This document shows positions 1 to 11,849 of a DNA stretch of 64,000 nt, piece after piece. How positions within the stretch are numbered: position 1 is the first letter of the stretch; every line of letters begins with the position of its first letter. Location: positions 42,119-106,118 of the forward strand of contig NOWV01000083.1 of assembly GCA_003344405.1 (NCBI GenBank), written 5' to 3'. Source of the DNA: Trichoplax sp. H2. Lineage: Eukaryota. Under the pieces are notes generated by a model. It was not told where the DNA came from. It did not search any database and worked only from the letters and a program-made list of their open reading frames with translations. The position numbers were made by a program, and so were the translations under genes.

Positions 1-147
1 TGTCTTCCCATGCCGTGACCATACATACATTTTTTTACGTAAGGTATTATCATCAATTTAAAGACGTAGTACTTGAACCATGGTAGGGGCACACACTTGC
101 CGAACCATTCAAAATCTTCGATAAAGCGATTATATACAATTACGGCC
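1..147 (-). CDS. FAXC: FAXC-like (failed axon connections homolog; GST_C metaxin-like domain) copy 1, exon 2, truncated at the window edge
   Basis: Reverse-complement translation gives AVIVYNRFIEDFEWFGKCVPLPWFKYYVFKLMIIPYVKKCMYGHGMGRH. This is collinear with exon 2 of copies 2 and 3 (YGHGIGRH motif). An AG acceptor sits at 148-149 on the minus strand. Confidence 0.75.
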
Positions 148-380
148 CTAAATGTTGTAGGTAAAAGTTTTGAGTTATCATAACGAATTAATACTGTACA
201 CTTGCGCGCATATTTACAAAACAGAAAAGCTATTCGTATTACAATAATCTGATTTTTACCACTCGTGCAGTGTGGCAATTATATAAATGGAATACTCCTA
301 GATCAAACTGATCAGCTCGTACTTATTACAGTGTTATAAAGAACTTTATATCTTTAGAAATGGTACTAGAAATTGCTTAC

Positions 381-838
381 CATATCGTATTTTCCTCTAC
401 AGTCTTTAATATAAAACGAGCCAATGCTTTTTGCTCGGCATCTAGGTGATCGTCAATTTGAACATTAAATCGTTCTGTTAAAAATTCCATTATAAACGTA
501 GAATCGCAGTAGCTTTTGCCATCCAACTCTATCCATGGCATCTTATTTTCTCTACCGAAGGGGTGTCTAAGATCATGTACAAATTCAATGTTAGCCATAC
601 GAAGAAATGTCTGGAGCTTCAACACAAATGGTGACGGATTAACTATCACAGGGCAAGGTCCATCGCCGTGAAGAACTACTAGACCCGGTTTTGCCAGTGG
701 GCTCATATATTCTTTGCATTTATTCCTTGTAAAGCCATAGTAAGTTGCTAATGATGCCATACATGACATAGCTACTACAGTGGTGCCTACTGGGTGATTT
801 AGGACGTATTCAACAATTTGGGATACATCAAACGCCAT
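381..838 (-). CDS. FAXC: FAXC-like copy 1, exon 1 (start codon to phase-2 donor after ..EENTIW)
   Basis: The ORF gives MAFDVSQ...SPLAKPGLVVLHGDGPCPVIVNPSPFVLKLQTFLRMANIEF...WIELDGKSYCDSTFIMEFLTERFNV, a GST_N metaxin-like fold. The donor is TG|GTAAGC, the same split-codon position as in copies 2 and 3. Confidence 0.8.
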
Positions 839-1242
839 CTATCTATGAGCTGTATTTAGTTTTAGTTTTAAGTGAAGATCAAATTACGCACACAGTTAAG
901 TATACAGTATTACACTACACAGCAGTGTCCTGTATTTCACAGAGCACAGTAAATAAATAAATATACTTAGATCTGCTCAATCTATTTTGACTTGAGTATA
1001 AACTGCAGTATATCGATCTGTTTCTTTCGTCAATACAATGTTCACTTGAGACCCTGTCACAGTAATAGTAATTAAAATTATGTAACAGTAAGCATTTAGA
1101 TCATATTATATAGATTGTAATATGGAAAATTAAATGTGCCTATGGTTCTGTTAGAGCACAGTGCAGCAGTCAATAAGGCATGATTACAAGGGGGCATGAT
1201 TAGAGCATGATCAGGGTGTGATTATAAAGCAATAAGAAAGGT

Positions 1243-1378
1243 GGGTATGATTACAAGACAACAAGAAACGTTTGTTCATTGGCCTAATTCCCACTTAACC
1301 GAAAAAAATTAGGAAAATCATTAGGACCAGATCAATGAGCAAGCGTTTCTTGTTGGCTTGTTCTGTAATCATGCCCTA
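1243..1378. repeat. Long imperfect inverted repeat (~45-nt arms, ~60-nt spacer) between FAXC copies 1 and 2; MITE-like or hairpin-RNA-like
   Basis: Left arm gggtatgattacaagacaacaagaaacgtttgttcattg. The reverse complement of the right arm is gggcatgattacagaacaagccaacaagaaacgcttgctcattg. Nearby catgatta motifs repeat at 1190-1250. Confidence 0.6.
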
Positions 1379-2334
1379 ATCTAATTTTAGTAAAATTAAA
1401 TAGTTTTTGATAAGTTATGCAGCAGCAAGCGCTCAGTTAAACTTATTTACAGATAAATTACTAGATAAATAAACGTCGAATAACTACGTTGGTTACACAT
1501 CGCTGCTAGACAGCCAATCAGCACCTGCCTCGTTGACACTAAACATGACTTGTATGAAATTTCTCAAATTATTCTGAGCAAGTCCAGTCAAGAATGTGCA
1601 TAAAGTTATTATTGTATTAATTTAAAGATATGATCACGTTCGCTATTGCTTACTGCAAATGATCTAATACGAAATCATTACTTCATTTGAATGACTCTTG
1701 TTTTCTTTACGAATATACGTTAATACGTTATAAAATCATGTATTGTATATGAGTGCGGTAAACTGTATCTACTGCATTTTATTCGAACAGTTCAAATAGA
1801 TTGCGTATTGCTACGTATTATCAATACACTGTACATATATCTCATAATTATACTTAATACAAGTAGTTATCATAATAATTTTAGGCAAGGAAGAACATAT
1901 ATATTACAAGTCATATACATAACACTATAAAATTGACTAATCAATAAAATAAAATTAATTAATAAATGGTATAGTGCTGTATATTGTACACTACCGTGCA
2001 ACACTCGTAACTTTACATCATACGCTTACAATACGTACATGTGTGTGCATAGTAGTGATAGTACGCGTTTTAAGAATGATGCAAAACCGATGATGTCATT
2101 ATTATATAAACAATATGTATTGGCTTATAGCATAGATATTTATTGAGAGCATTTCAAGATACTCCTCATATCCTTTTATTGCTGGTTTTATTCGAGCTCG
2201 CATCTTGTTATCTGCATTAACATCAGCAACATCTATTAGTCAAGCTATTAGCTGCATCCATTTCATGTTCAAACTTTAATATACTCCTATAATAATCTTA
2301 TTCCATTCCATCTACGAATCTACATCGTATAAAT

Positions 2335-2798
2335 ATGACATCAAATATAGATCACATTACAGATTTTCTTGGAAAGAACCCTTATCCAGTCATTGCCATT
2401 ACTATTATTGGCATTGGAAGCTGCTACTTCTATATAACAGGTGGTCGTAACTCCAAATCTAAATCATTTCCTAAAAGTCCGTTGGCTAAACCTGGTTTGG
2501 TTGTCCTTCACGGTGCTAACCCTGGCAGTTCAATTGTCAATCCATCACCTTATGTGTTAAAGCTGCAAACATTTCTACGAATGGCAAAGATCGAATATGT
2601 ATTTGATCGTAATAACCCTATGGGTAGAAAGGGGAAAATGCCTTGGATCGAGCTTGATGGAGATGCTTATTGCGATTCTACTTTTATAATTGAACATCTG
2701 ACAAAAAAATTCAATGTATCTATTGACCGTAGCCTTAGCGAGCAGCAAAAAGCAGTGGCTCGAGTTATCCAGAAAACGATTGAAGAGAATACAATCTG
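2335..2798 (+). CDS. FAXC: FAXC-like copy 2, exon 1
   Basis: ORF gives MTSNIDH...SPLAKPGLVVLHGANPGSSIVNPSPYVLKLQTFLRMAKIEYVFDRNNPMGRKGKMPWIELDGDAYCDSTFIIEHL...EENTIW. Donor is TG|GTACTA at 2799. Confidence 0.8.
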
Positions 2799-3017
2799 GT
2801 ACTACAAATTAAGCTGATTTTTTATGATGTTTACGACCAGGCTCATTTAGAATGCATGGTAGTTATATTAATTAATTATTTTAATATATCTATGCGTGTA
2901 ACATGTATGCTTATACATATGACGTAAACGTGTATATACGCATCTAGCTACAACTTTACATTTCATTGTATATATATATGTCATATTGTACAGTAATATT
3001 TGACTGTTAATTTATAG

Positions 3018-3432
3018 GGCTACAATAATTTATAATCGCCTTATTGAGGAGGCTGACTGGTTTGTAAACATGATGAAATTTCCCTGGTTTGTTGGGGTAA
3101 TATTCAAGTTATTCTTTGTTCCTCCAGTTAAGAAGAACTTGTACGGACATGGTATCGGCAGACACACACCCCAAGAGATTAGGCACATTGCCAGAGGCGA
3201 TCTGGCAGCTCTGTCTGCCCTGCTTAAAGATAAATCGTTCTTTCTTGGTGATCAACCCACTACAATAGATGCGTGTGTTTTCTCCTTTACTGCTAATATT
3301 ATATATGGGTTACGCCCTGGAAGCTGGCCAAATGAAATGATCAAAAGCGAATTTCCGAATCTTGTAGCATTTACAAATCGTATGAAAGAGAATTATTGGC
3401 CTGATTGGGACGAAATTATTAGCAAAGCATAA
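3018..3432 (+). CDS. FAXC: FAXC-like copy 2, exon 2 (GST C-terminal domain), ends at stop
   Basis: Acceptor is tttatag|G. It completes the TGG (W) codon and continues ATIIYNRLIEEADWFVNMMKFPWFVG...YGHGIGRHTPQEIRHIARGDLAALSALLKDKSFFLGDQPTTIDACVFSF...NYWPDWDEIISKA*. Confidence 0.8.
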
Positions 3433-5134
3433 CGTTAGCTTGAAAAATTATCGTAAATTGCTATCATGAAGAGGACACTGCAGCTCTAAGATCAATTAAT
3501 TATATGACCTTGAAAAAGCCTCATCCATATTTGTGTCACGGGCTAGTACGAATGTACGGTTATACCGGTGCATATAGTAGTCCATGTTTGTGCAATTTTT
3601 AGTAATGTAGAAAAGTTGGTTAGTGAAGTGTGATGTAGCTATGGACCACTACATGCTTTACCATAAAGCATCTACCGAGGTCCATGTTGTAGTAAGCATG
3701 CTATGCTACAGCTGTTTCTGATAAAGAAATGTTAATCTATGTATAATGTATGGTCGACTTATTTCAGATTACAATTATGTATAATTTGATCACCGGCTCC
3801 TTTATAGCTGAGGGCACTAAATTTTGAGAGCCATTTTAAAATTCTTACTGACTGTGAATCTATGTTTAAAAATGTAACCAAGTTTAGCCCCATTTTGTAT
3901 TAGACAAAATAATTTGTAAATTTTCTACTCGTGTATTAAAATAAAATTAATACGGTAGAGACAAGTTATGATTCTGGTCATGGTTAAATACACCTATCGG
4001 TACAACTGCTCATGATACTTGGCATACTCGTACCATATTTAGTATAAAGCTAGAATAACGCACATAACCCACAGATCAATAGAAGTAGGTTTTCTTAACG
4101 TGGTCCGTGACTAATCACGTAAGCTAGACCATGGACCACTAGAAATACTGTAGGAAGGCACTATCTGGCATGAGTTGCGGGTACACAGCCGTAAACTACA
4201 GTCTGTACTCTCAGTAGAGCTTAGCAACAGGCAATGCAATGGAACGTAAATTACTATGTATTAGTAAGTAATATTACTTACTTACTTTTAGAAAAAAATC
4301 AGTCAATTCAGAACCGACTGTCTTCATACTGAAGTCATAACGAGGTATATGACTTAATTTGTTGACGAAATAAGGCCAAGTGTCCGTCCGCCCGCAGGAG
4401 TGTCCATTGTCCATTCCTGTCTGAGCTTACGAAGTCAAAAAGTTTTGGCTGCTGTTATATGTAGTCAAAGGCAATTTGTGAAATTATAGCAATACTATCT
4501 GTAAAGAAGAAGCTCAAAATCATTTACCTGTTCGTTAGTCTGCATTTAACTTTAAGGATCGAGGATTCAGGTATGAAGTGATTTATACATACTGTACTGT
4601 ATAGTATAATTTGTTTTTTAATTCCGTACCGTATCATTGGACTATTTTATAGCTCACCAGTATTCACATTACTCAAATTCTACTAGTATCAGCAATGCAG
4701 AGTCCTATTGACACCTGTTAACAACTGCATAAGTGCATTGTTGATCGTGGAGATTACGACAGTCTCTAGCTCTTGAGATTGTTGTAAGTAATGTTGGAAA
4801 TGATTCAGCACTGTTCTAATAATAAAGCAAAAGGATTAACTGCGAAGCTGTGTGCAATAAGATCTATAAAACACGCAATGCATGTACTGTACGCATGGTG
4901 TAATGAGAGTTCCACTCATTGCATTTTTCGTACGCGTACAAGTTAAATTAAATTTTATTTTAATTTTACTTCAATATTCGTATTTATTGTGCTAGGTTAA
5001 TACGGGCGTTCTAACAGTGTTTGTAACCGGCAGACGGTAACCAGAATACGACTCATCATTATTTATTGGCCTACGGAAGTCAGGTGTTGAGTGTCTTCAG
5101 TACTATACACCCTTGACAGATCTATCAATGGGAT

Positions 5135-5196
5135 ACTATCTGTTAAATGAACACATTATCGTAAACCGTCAGCAAAGCGACGGGAGTTTGCACTAG
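5135..5196 (+). repeat. Copy A of a ~60 bp dispersed element (ACTATCTGTTAAATGAGCACATTATCGTAAACCGTCAGCAAAGCGACGGGAGTTTGCACTAG), ~80 bp upstream of the FAXC copy 3 ATG
   Basis: Near-identical to 41725-41786 and 41476-41532. It contains a CCGTC/GACGG 5-bp stem around an 8-nt loop. Confidence 0.8.
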
Positions 5197-5277
5197 TAAT
5201 ATTTAAAAGCATAGCCGGCATTACTGTACTGTACACTACCTGAGACACTACAGTACTCAACAATAAAGTTAAACAAG

Positions 5278-5729
5278 ATGAACTTTGACCTGTCGTCGCC
5301 CATAAATTTCGCCAGCAGCAATCCGATTGCAGTGGGATCTTTAATAGTTTTATGTGTCGGAGGTTATTTATACATGAGCAAAAAAAAGCCAAAATCATTC
5401 CCTAAAAGTGCCTTAGCTAAGCCAGGGTTAGTCGTCCTTCATGGCGCTGGAGCTGGGAGTACTGTAGTCAATCCATCACCGTTCGTCTTGAAGTTACAAA
5501 CCTTTTTACGAATGGCTAACATCGAATTTGTCCACGATTTGAAAAATCCGTGTGGCAGAAAAAATAAGATGCCATGGATTGAGCTTGATGGAGAAGACTA
5601 CTGTGATTCTACATTTATCATTGAGTTTTTAACGGAAAGATTTAACGTTCAAATTGATAGTCATCTAAGCGACGAACAAAAGGCCGTAGCTCGAGTTATT
5701 CAGAAGACCGTTGAAGAGAATACAGTATG
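5278..5729 (+). CDS. FAXC: FAXC-like copy 3, exon 1
   Basis: ORF gives MNFDLSSP...ALAKPGLVVLHGAGAGSTVVNPSPFVLKLQTFLRMANIEFVHDLKNPCGRKNKMPWIELDGEDYCDSTFIIEFLTERF...EENTVW. Donor is TG|GTAAGT. Confidence 0.85.
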
Positions 5730-6329
5730 GTAAGTTAATTTTTTTATTATACAGTTGACTTCAACCGCGATCGCTTGCTATAATTATATAATCCGTGTAA
5801 GTATATACAGTATTTTATGTAATGTAAAGCGTACTATCTGCAAGCCTTTAGTCTGTATATTGGAGATACGCAAACTACGAATTCTAGATTGAATTCAAAC
5901 AGAGTGACTTGTTGTACCTTAGGACAACATCATTAGAGGCTTTACATCTAATTAACTTCAGGCTTATTCTAAAATTAAACAAGCTTGTAACGAATCGGCA
6001 TAGTTTACTTTACTACAGCTTGTATTATTTCCAACCATATTAACTAACGATGCTGCACGCGTTAAATATTACCTGTAAATGAACCTAATGTAGCGGCTAT
6101 AACGATAGTGATACGAAAAGCAGGTTTCAATCGAATTAAGATAAAATTGTATTGGCAATAAAGTAGGCAAATTTTTGATATGTTATAATGTATTGCAATT
6201 ATTTTTGAGTCTACAACAGTCCCTATCTTAAAATGGCGATCTATTGTATGTCTATTTGATCTTAAATTTCTAATAGCCAACTGTAGTAGTGGATCCATAA
6301 TAATTTTATCATTGATTATATAACTATAG

Positions 6330-6756
6330 GGCTGCAATCATCTATAATCGTTGGATTCAAGATACCGATTATTTCCGTCAGATGATGAAGCTCTCCTGGT
6401 TTGTTGGCCGGATATTAAAGATGGCTGTTGTACCTGCAATTAAGAAAAGCATGTACGGCCATGGAATTGGTAGGCATTCCGCAGAAGAGATTCAGCACAT
6501 AGCTAGAGGTGACATTAAAGCGCTCTCGGATCTGCTTAAGGACAAGCAGTTTTTTTTTGGTGATAAACCGACTACAATCGATGCTTGTGTGTTTGCTTTT
6601 CTTGCCAATGTTCTTCATGGTTTGCGTAAAGATAGTTGGCCGGCTGAAATGGTAAGGAACGAATTTCCTAATCTTGCAGCTTACTTTGAACGCATAAAAG
6701 AGAATGTTTGGCCAGACTGGGATGAAATCGTTAGTAAAGCTGGCTCGAAAAAATAA
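6330..6756 (+). CDS. FAXC: FAXC-like copy 3, exon 2, ends at stop
   Basis: Acceptor is ctatag|G. Translation gives (W)AAIIYNRWIQDTDYFRQMMKLSWFVGRILKMAVVPAIKKSMYGHGIGRHSAEEIQHIARGD...WPDWDEIVSKAGSKK*. Confidence 0.85.
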
Positions 6757-6970
6757 GATCAAGTATTATATAGTAACAACTTTATACTTTGTAGTTTTAG
6801 TGATTCATAAGATTATAACTTTGCTTTTATAAAGGCAGCGATAAAAGATATAGATATATTTAATGAATCTGTTACTCATTTAAAAAATTGGATTAGACTA
6901 GTAAACTACCATATTCTATTTTTACGAAATTGCTGACGCGTATAAAAAGCAGGAATTCAACTGCGACACT

Positions 6971-7232
6971 ATTCGATAATAGGCAAGTTCTTATGGGATT
7001 TATCGGACTGTTTTATATGGTAGAGCAACTATAAGGGACTAACCATCCTTTTTTGCTATTACTTACGTAATGCTCTACACTTAATTCGCTGCTTATACAA
7101 TATTCGATAGTAGACAAATTTTTATGAAATTTATCGAACCGTTTTATGTGGTAGAGCAACTAGAAGGGGCTAAACATCCTTTACTTTTACTTACGTAATA
7201 TTGTATACTTAATTCGTTGCTAAGAAATACTG
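6971..7232. repeat. Tandem duplication, 2 x ~130 bp, ~80% identical, just 3' of FAXC copy 3
   Basis: Unit 1 is attcgataataggcaagttcttatgggatttatcggactgttttatatggtagagcaactataagggactaaccatcc...ttacgtaatgctctacacttaattcgctgct. Unit 2 is tattcgatagtagacaaatttttatgaaatttatcgaaccgttttatgtggtagagcaactagaaggggctaaacatcc...ttacgtaatattgtatacttaattcgttgct. Confidence 0.85.
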
Positions 7233-8524
7233 ATGTACCTCGATATATTATTATTTACGGTCCAGTATTTGACGTCTCCCAAGCTAAGCGTCTGATACAA
7301 GCCGCAGCTTATATGGCTCTTTAAGAAAATAACACAATAAAGTCAATATAATTTTAATATTTAGCTTCCAAAATAACTATTCAATGATGCTTAGACATAT
7401 CTTAGTGGAAGCGTTGCTATTTCCAATTGTTTTACTCCATTGATCTGCAGGACGAAGGTTTGCATGAGTTTTATCTTTCGTACTGGATTCGCGAATACAT
7501 AATTATTAAATCACCTTAACATAACCATTACCGCAACTCTTGCAAATAACGCTATGAAAATATCTTGGAATTTTTTTTCATGATGGCTTGAGCTGCCGCC
7601 TGCATAATTTATAATCGTATTACTCTTATACTCGTACATGTATGTCAGCAATTCAAGTTAAAGCTTGACGAATTATAAATACTATTTCATTCTCCTTTCA
7701 TTTAAATATAAATGTTGTTAATATGAGAGAATGATCTTTGATATTATTATAGTTTTGTTTCTCAAAGAGTATTTATCATTACTATTAGCTACCGTTATTG
7801 CAGAGCCGAGAGGATTTGACCGGTCTAAATTTGCAGTGATAGTGTAACATCCAAGATCCCGTGATCTTTACAAGTAATTAATTATTCACTGAAGACTACA
7901 TGGAAAAATTCAAGAAAAACAACATAGATTTGCAATTTGAGAACTGTGCACAAGAGGGGGAAGACTAAGAGTTAAAGAATCACCAAGAGTTCATATTATT
8001 CACGCAATCCCTTAAAATTTAGACGTACTAAGAATAACTATATTCATTTAGTAGTAGCAAACATTTCTCCTACGCAAGTTAGTTTAATCTCGTGCTAAGT
8101 TTTAATTGGAGTATAGTCTCTTAAAAAGGATCCATCATCAACCACGAAACTACTATATCAACAAGGTTTACTAAGCACAGTACCCGCTACAGTACTGTAC
8201 AGTGTACAAGTGTGAGCCAGTTCTCTTTAGATTGCTATTAGGCAAAATAAATTGTAGTAAACTTGCAAAATTTGCCTTAAATTCTATACATACAGATAGA
8301 TGAAGGAACGATCTATCCACTTTTAAAACTATAATTCAGTAAATATCCTCCTGATTTGAAATAATTACAGTAGAAAATTCGGAATTTAATACAATATTAC
8401 GTAAAAGTTGCTCTAATAACCTCATTTTAATCAATTAAATTAAAAAGCCAAGTTATTCAGCTTTACATTCGTTTAATTCTTATTACATTTTGATTCACAC
8501 TCGTGATTTTAGGGTACCTTAAAG

Positions 8525-8700
8525 TACTCTGATTCGAACTGGTTCACACTGTACACTGTGCAGTACTGTACTGTACTGTACTGTACTGTAGGTTCTTATA
8601 CTGTACAGTACAGTACTTTCCTTTTAATACAGTACTGTACTGTACTGTACACTGTACAGTACTGTACAGTACAGTAATTCATGGATGTACTGTACTGAAA
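8525..8700. repeat. Cluster of palindromic simple repeat based on TACTGTACAGTA / (ACTGT)n(ACAGT)n
   Basis: Runs of ctgtactgtactgtactgtactgta and tactgtacagtacagtac are visible directly. TACTGTACAGTA is its own reverse complement. Confidence 0.9.
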
Positions 8701-9993
8701 GAGAAGACAAGCTGCTACGCTTGGCCGATTGATTGATTGAATTTGAGGGTGTTGTCGATTGTGTTACCTAGATTCATTCGGTTCATCAAAGATTGCATAT
8801 GAATTAGGCACTGTGCAAAATTAGTTGTCACCCCATGAACCGTTTCTTCTTTAATAGCGTAGTAAAAGACGAAGTAAAGATGAAAATAACATGACAATTC
8901 GTTTTGCACACTACTGGAGATTACCAAACTTGCGGCCTGGTTAGATTAGACACTCAGTTAATTTGCAGCTGTTACCCGTCGGCGCTGTTATTAACAATAC
9001 TGCTGTAGGCAGCAGATGAGTTAATAACTATCTATAACTATATAATTTCTGGTAAAAAGTAATTTCATTTTTCTTATTGACGATGCCTTCTGTCTTGCTG
9101 TTATACAGCTCGAAGGGAAAGGAGTGCGGAAATTCATCAACTTCTGAAAGGTTGAGGTAATAAGGAAATTAAGATATTTACAATGAATATCTTACACGTA
9201 CGTTAACGTTAAACTACCTCAGTATTACTAATGATAATTGTGTGTGTATTTGCTATTACTTTCACAAGCGTTTATCTACTACATAATATATGGATATTTA
9301 TCATTGACAGTTGATTGAATGTAAAGCATTAGGATCTGTAATCGTCGATCTGTCGTAAATTTCTTGACATTATACATACAGTACTATACGTAGAGCTAAG
9401 AAAGGTTCGGTTATAACTAATTAGATTATTCAGTTTTAGTTGTCTTAGGTATTTCGTTTATAAATTCAATGTAGGGGTTAAGAATGATCATACTAAGATA
9501 GTGCATACTGTACAGAACAGTGTATAGTATCTTAGTATGATCATGCACTGAAATAGAATCTAATCTAATAGCACCTCAAAATTATTTCACGAAAACTCTT
9601 GAAATCTTAACAATAATATTATCATTCAATGAGGCTGATCATTACTTTGTGATTCTGTGCTATATTGTTGTAATTGCTGATAGATTATAATTATAGCACA
9701 GACTTAAAAATCACTAGACCATTAATATTGTAAAAATAGGTAGAACATTAGTCTGTATTCCAGGGCCATTCTGAGTAACATGTCTTCTTGTATTGGAGAA
9801 ATTTACCTAGCCAATAAATCGTCGAGTCTCTAGAAATTGACTTGTTGTGTATTCTCTAAATCCGTATTTTAGATATACTGTACTTTACTGTACATTGATG
9901 AATTATAATGGCTCATTTAGAAAATTTGTTTGTATTCACTTTCGCCTATGTTTTAACTAGGAAATTCTAGTAGACCGTGGCTTTAGACACGCA

Positions 9994-10171
9994 TTGATGA
10001 ATTATAATATCTGCTTATTTAGGAAACTTTTAAACCATGCAGGAATCGGATGCACATGTAAACAAATCGCTGACTTTACCGGTGCACCATCACTAAACAA
10101 TTACCTCCAAGGAAATCATTTTAATTGTGTTATTGGCATTCATGCTTATCGAACTGGCAATTTGTTGATTA
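9994..10171 (+). CDS. GLT1D1: GLT1D1-like glycosyltransferase (GT1 family), first identifiable coding exon
   Basis: MMNYNICLFRKLLNHAGIGCTCKQIADFTGAPSLNNYLQGNHFNCVIGIHAYRTGNLLI aligns to the GLT1D1 N-terminus (..HLEAAGHVCVLKDAFDF..ALALHLYRGGRLL). Donor is A|GTAAGC. An upstream exon is not excluded. Confidence 0.6.
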
Positions 10172-10522
10172 GTAAGCCAAACTACGAAAGAATCCTTATT
10201 GTAACTATCGTATTATACTGTAAAGGAATAAATAATGAACTGTTCGCCATGTCTGAGAGTAGACGTATTAAAAGCCAGAAAGATAATAAGCTTATATATA
10301 ATTTGTTGTTGTGACTATAAAATACTACAGTTCCATTTCGAATCCAAATAATATCGATTAACTCTATTGAGATTTTAATGTAATCCTACTTGCAATAATT
10401 GATTGATCACTCTAAGTAATGATACGGGTAAAGATTCTGAGTTAACTAATAGCGCTAGTAGCTTGCCAATGTATTCCTAATATTTTTGACAAGCACGCAC
10501 AATTACGTCTACTTTCTTCTAG

Positions 10523-10628
10523 GCTGCTGCCTACCATATGCCATAGTTTTTGCAGGTACGGACCTGAACACGCACATTCACGATGCTAAGAAAATGCCTA
10601 TTATCACTGAAGCCGTTCTTGGGGCTAG
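10523..10628 (+). CDS. GLT1D1: GLT1D1-like exon 2
   Basis: CCLPYAIVFAGTDLNTHIHDAKKMPIITEAVLGA(R) aligns to GLT1D1 [34 protein letters not shown]. The exon is bounded by an AG acceptor and a GT donor. Confidence 0.75.
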
Positions 10629-10959
10629 GTACTAATAAATTGTAATTAATTTGTGATATAACTGATGTTAGTATGAAATCTAACCTCGAGAAATTAACTA
10701 AACTTTCAGAATCATTCCTTTTCATATTGCATGCACTTTTTTTGATATATTTTTTACAAGGTATTTAGTTAGTACATATATTTAGTCAGAATTGTACAGC
10801 TATTCGTATATCAATAAAATTGAGCTACTTTCGGTTTGTATTCTTGTGTATTACTGTTAGTGCAGTATAAATATATTAAAAAACAGATTATTGATTGATA
10901 GGATTATTATTTCCGATATTACATAAGAGAATTACTCAGTTTATTTTTGTCTACTACAG

Positions 10960-11011
10960 ATACTTAATTGCGTTTACCCGCTCTCATTTTAATCTAGCTA
11001 TGGCTCAATGG
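10960..11011 (+). CDS. GLT1D1: GLT1D1-like exon 3
   Basis: (R)YLIAFTRSHFNLAMAQW aligns to FAVAFTESMKEMAQAQW. Donor is TGG|GTGAGA. Phase is consistent with exon 2. Confidence 0.7.
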
Positions 11012-11598
11012 GTGAGAGGATAAAATAAGTTTTCTTATATAACCTTAAAAATATTGCAATCTAAACAAATGTTATATATATTTGTACCATGATATATTTT
11101 CTGATCCCGGAATATATAGCCAACACAAATAAATAACATTATTAAACAGCCACAAAGTAAGACATAGCCTAGTAATACTAACGTAATGTAGATGATTAAA
11201 ATTTAAATATTCATTTCTTATAACTGTGTAAAGACTACAGTCTTAATTGATTCCCTACTCCCAGTAATATTTCCATAAACCCTTTTTAACATCTACCTTC
11301 AAGGTGTTGTTACAAACCCACAAAATACGTTTTCTTTTAAAGCCCATTTACAAGAGAAATTGGGTAAGTAACCTTTAAGACAATGGATCTTAATAGAACA
11401 TTTAATCATGTTTCTATAAATATTACAATATTATATTTGCTTCCTGCTATAATTTTTTGCTCGGTTCTGATAATGTACCAAACTCATCCTTTAGCTGGAA
11501 TTTTTTAAGTTTGATAACAATAAATCAGTTATCAATGGAATGTTACTCGCTTATAAACAGTCCGTCACCACCGCATTAATTTTGAATTTTCTTCCTAG

Positions 11599-11627
11599 GC
11601 ATGCAAGAACAAAATCTACAAAACATC
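11599..11627 (+). CDS. GLT1D1: GLT1D1-like exon 4 (micro-exon)
   Basis: ACKNKIYKT(S) aligns to HAKGKVYVQS. Acceptor is ttcttcctag, donor is GTAAGA. Confidence 0.5.
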
Positions 11628-11726
11628 GTAAGATTAATCGAGTACTAAGTCACATTGTAATAGTCTCTCAGTGTTATGAATACTATAATTAGTGGTGAAT
11701 ATTTAATAAGAAAAATACCGATAAAG

Positions 11727-11799
11727 TTTCTGTTGCAACCTGAATGAGAGATATAGACTTATAAAACAACGGACTATCATCAACTACCATGCCCAATAT
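11727..11799 (+). CDS. GLT1D1: GLT1D1-like exon 5 (boundaries uncertain; putative GC donor)
   Basis: (S)FCCNLNERYRLIKQRTIINYHAQY aligns to FNWNTFLQRSEINQSADN. No GT exists before the in-frame stop. The only phase-compatible donor is TAT|GCAATT. Confidence 0.35.
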
Positions 11800-11849
11800 G
11801 CAATTTTTGCATGATTTTAACCAAGTTGAAAATTTTCAATCCTGTATAG

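Noticed and set aside
6062-6762. ORFs 6062-6337 (-) and 6415-6762 (-) around FAXC copy 3
   Set aside because: The first lies inside the FAXC copy 3 intron. The second is antisense to FAXC copy 3 exon 2, with no homology or splice support.
8525-8700. Regularly spaced direct repeats that superficially resemble a CRISPR array
   Set aside because: This is eukaryotic DNA. The units are 5-12 nt palindromic microsatellite units with no unique spacers, and there are no cas genes.
10710-10760. Candidate GLT1D1 exon (ctttcag|AATCATTCC...ACAAG|gtattt) giving RIIPFHIACTFFDIFFT
   Set aside because: Its exit phase cannot be reconciled with downstream exons. The exon at 10960-11011 (RYLIAFTRSHFNLAMAQW) matches GLT1D1 far better.
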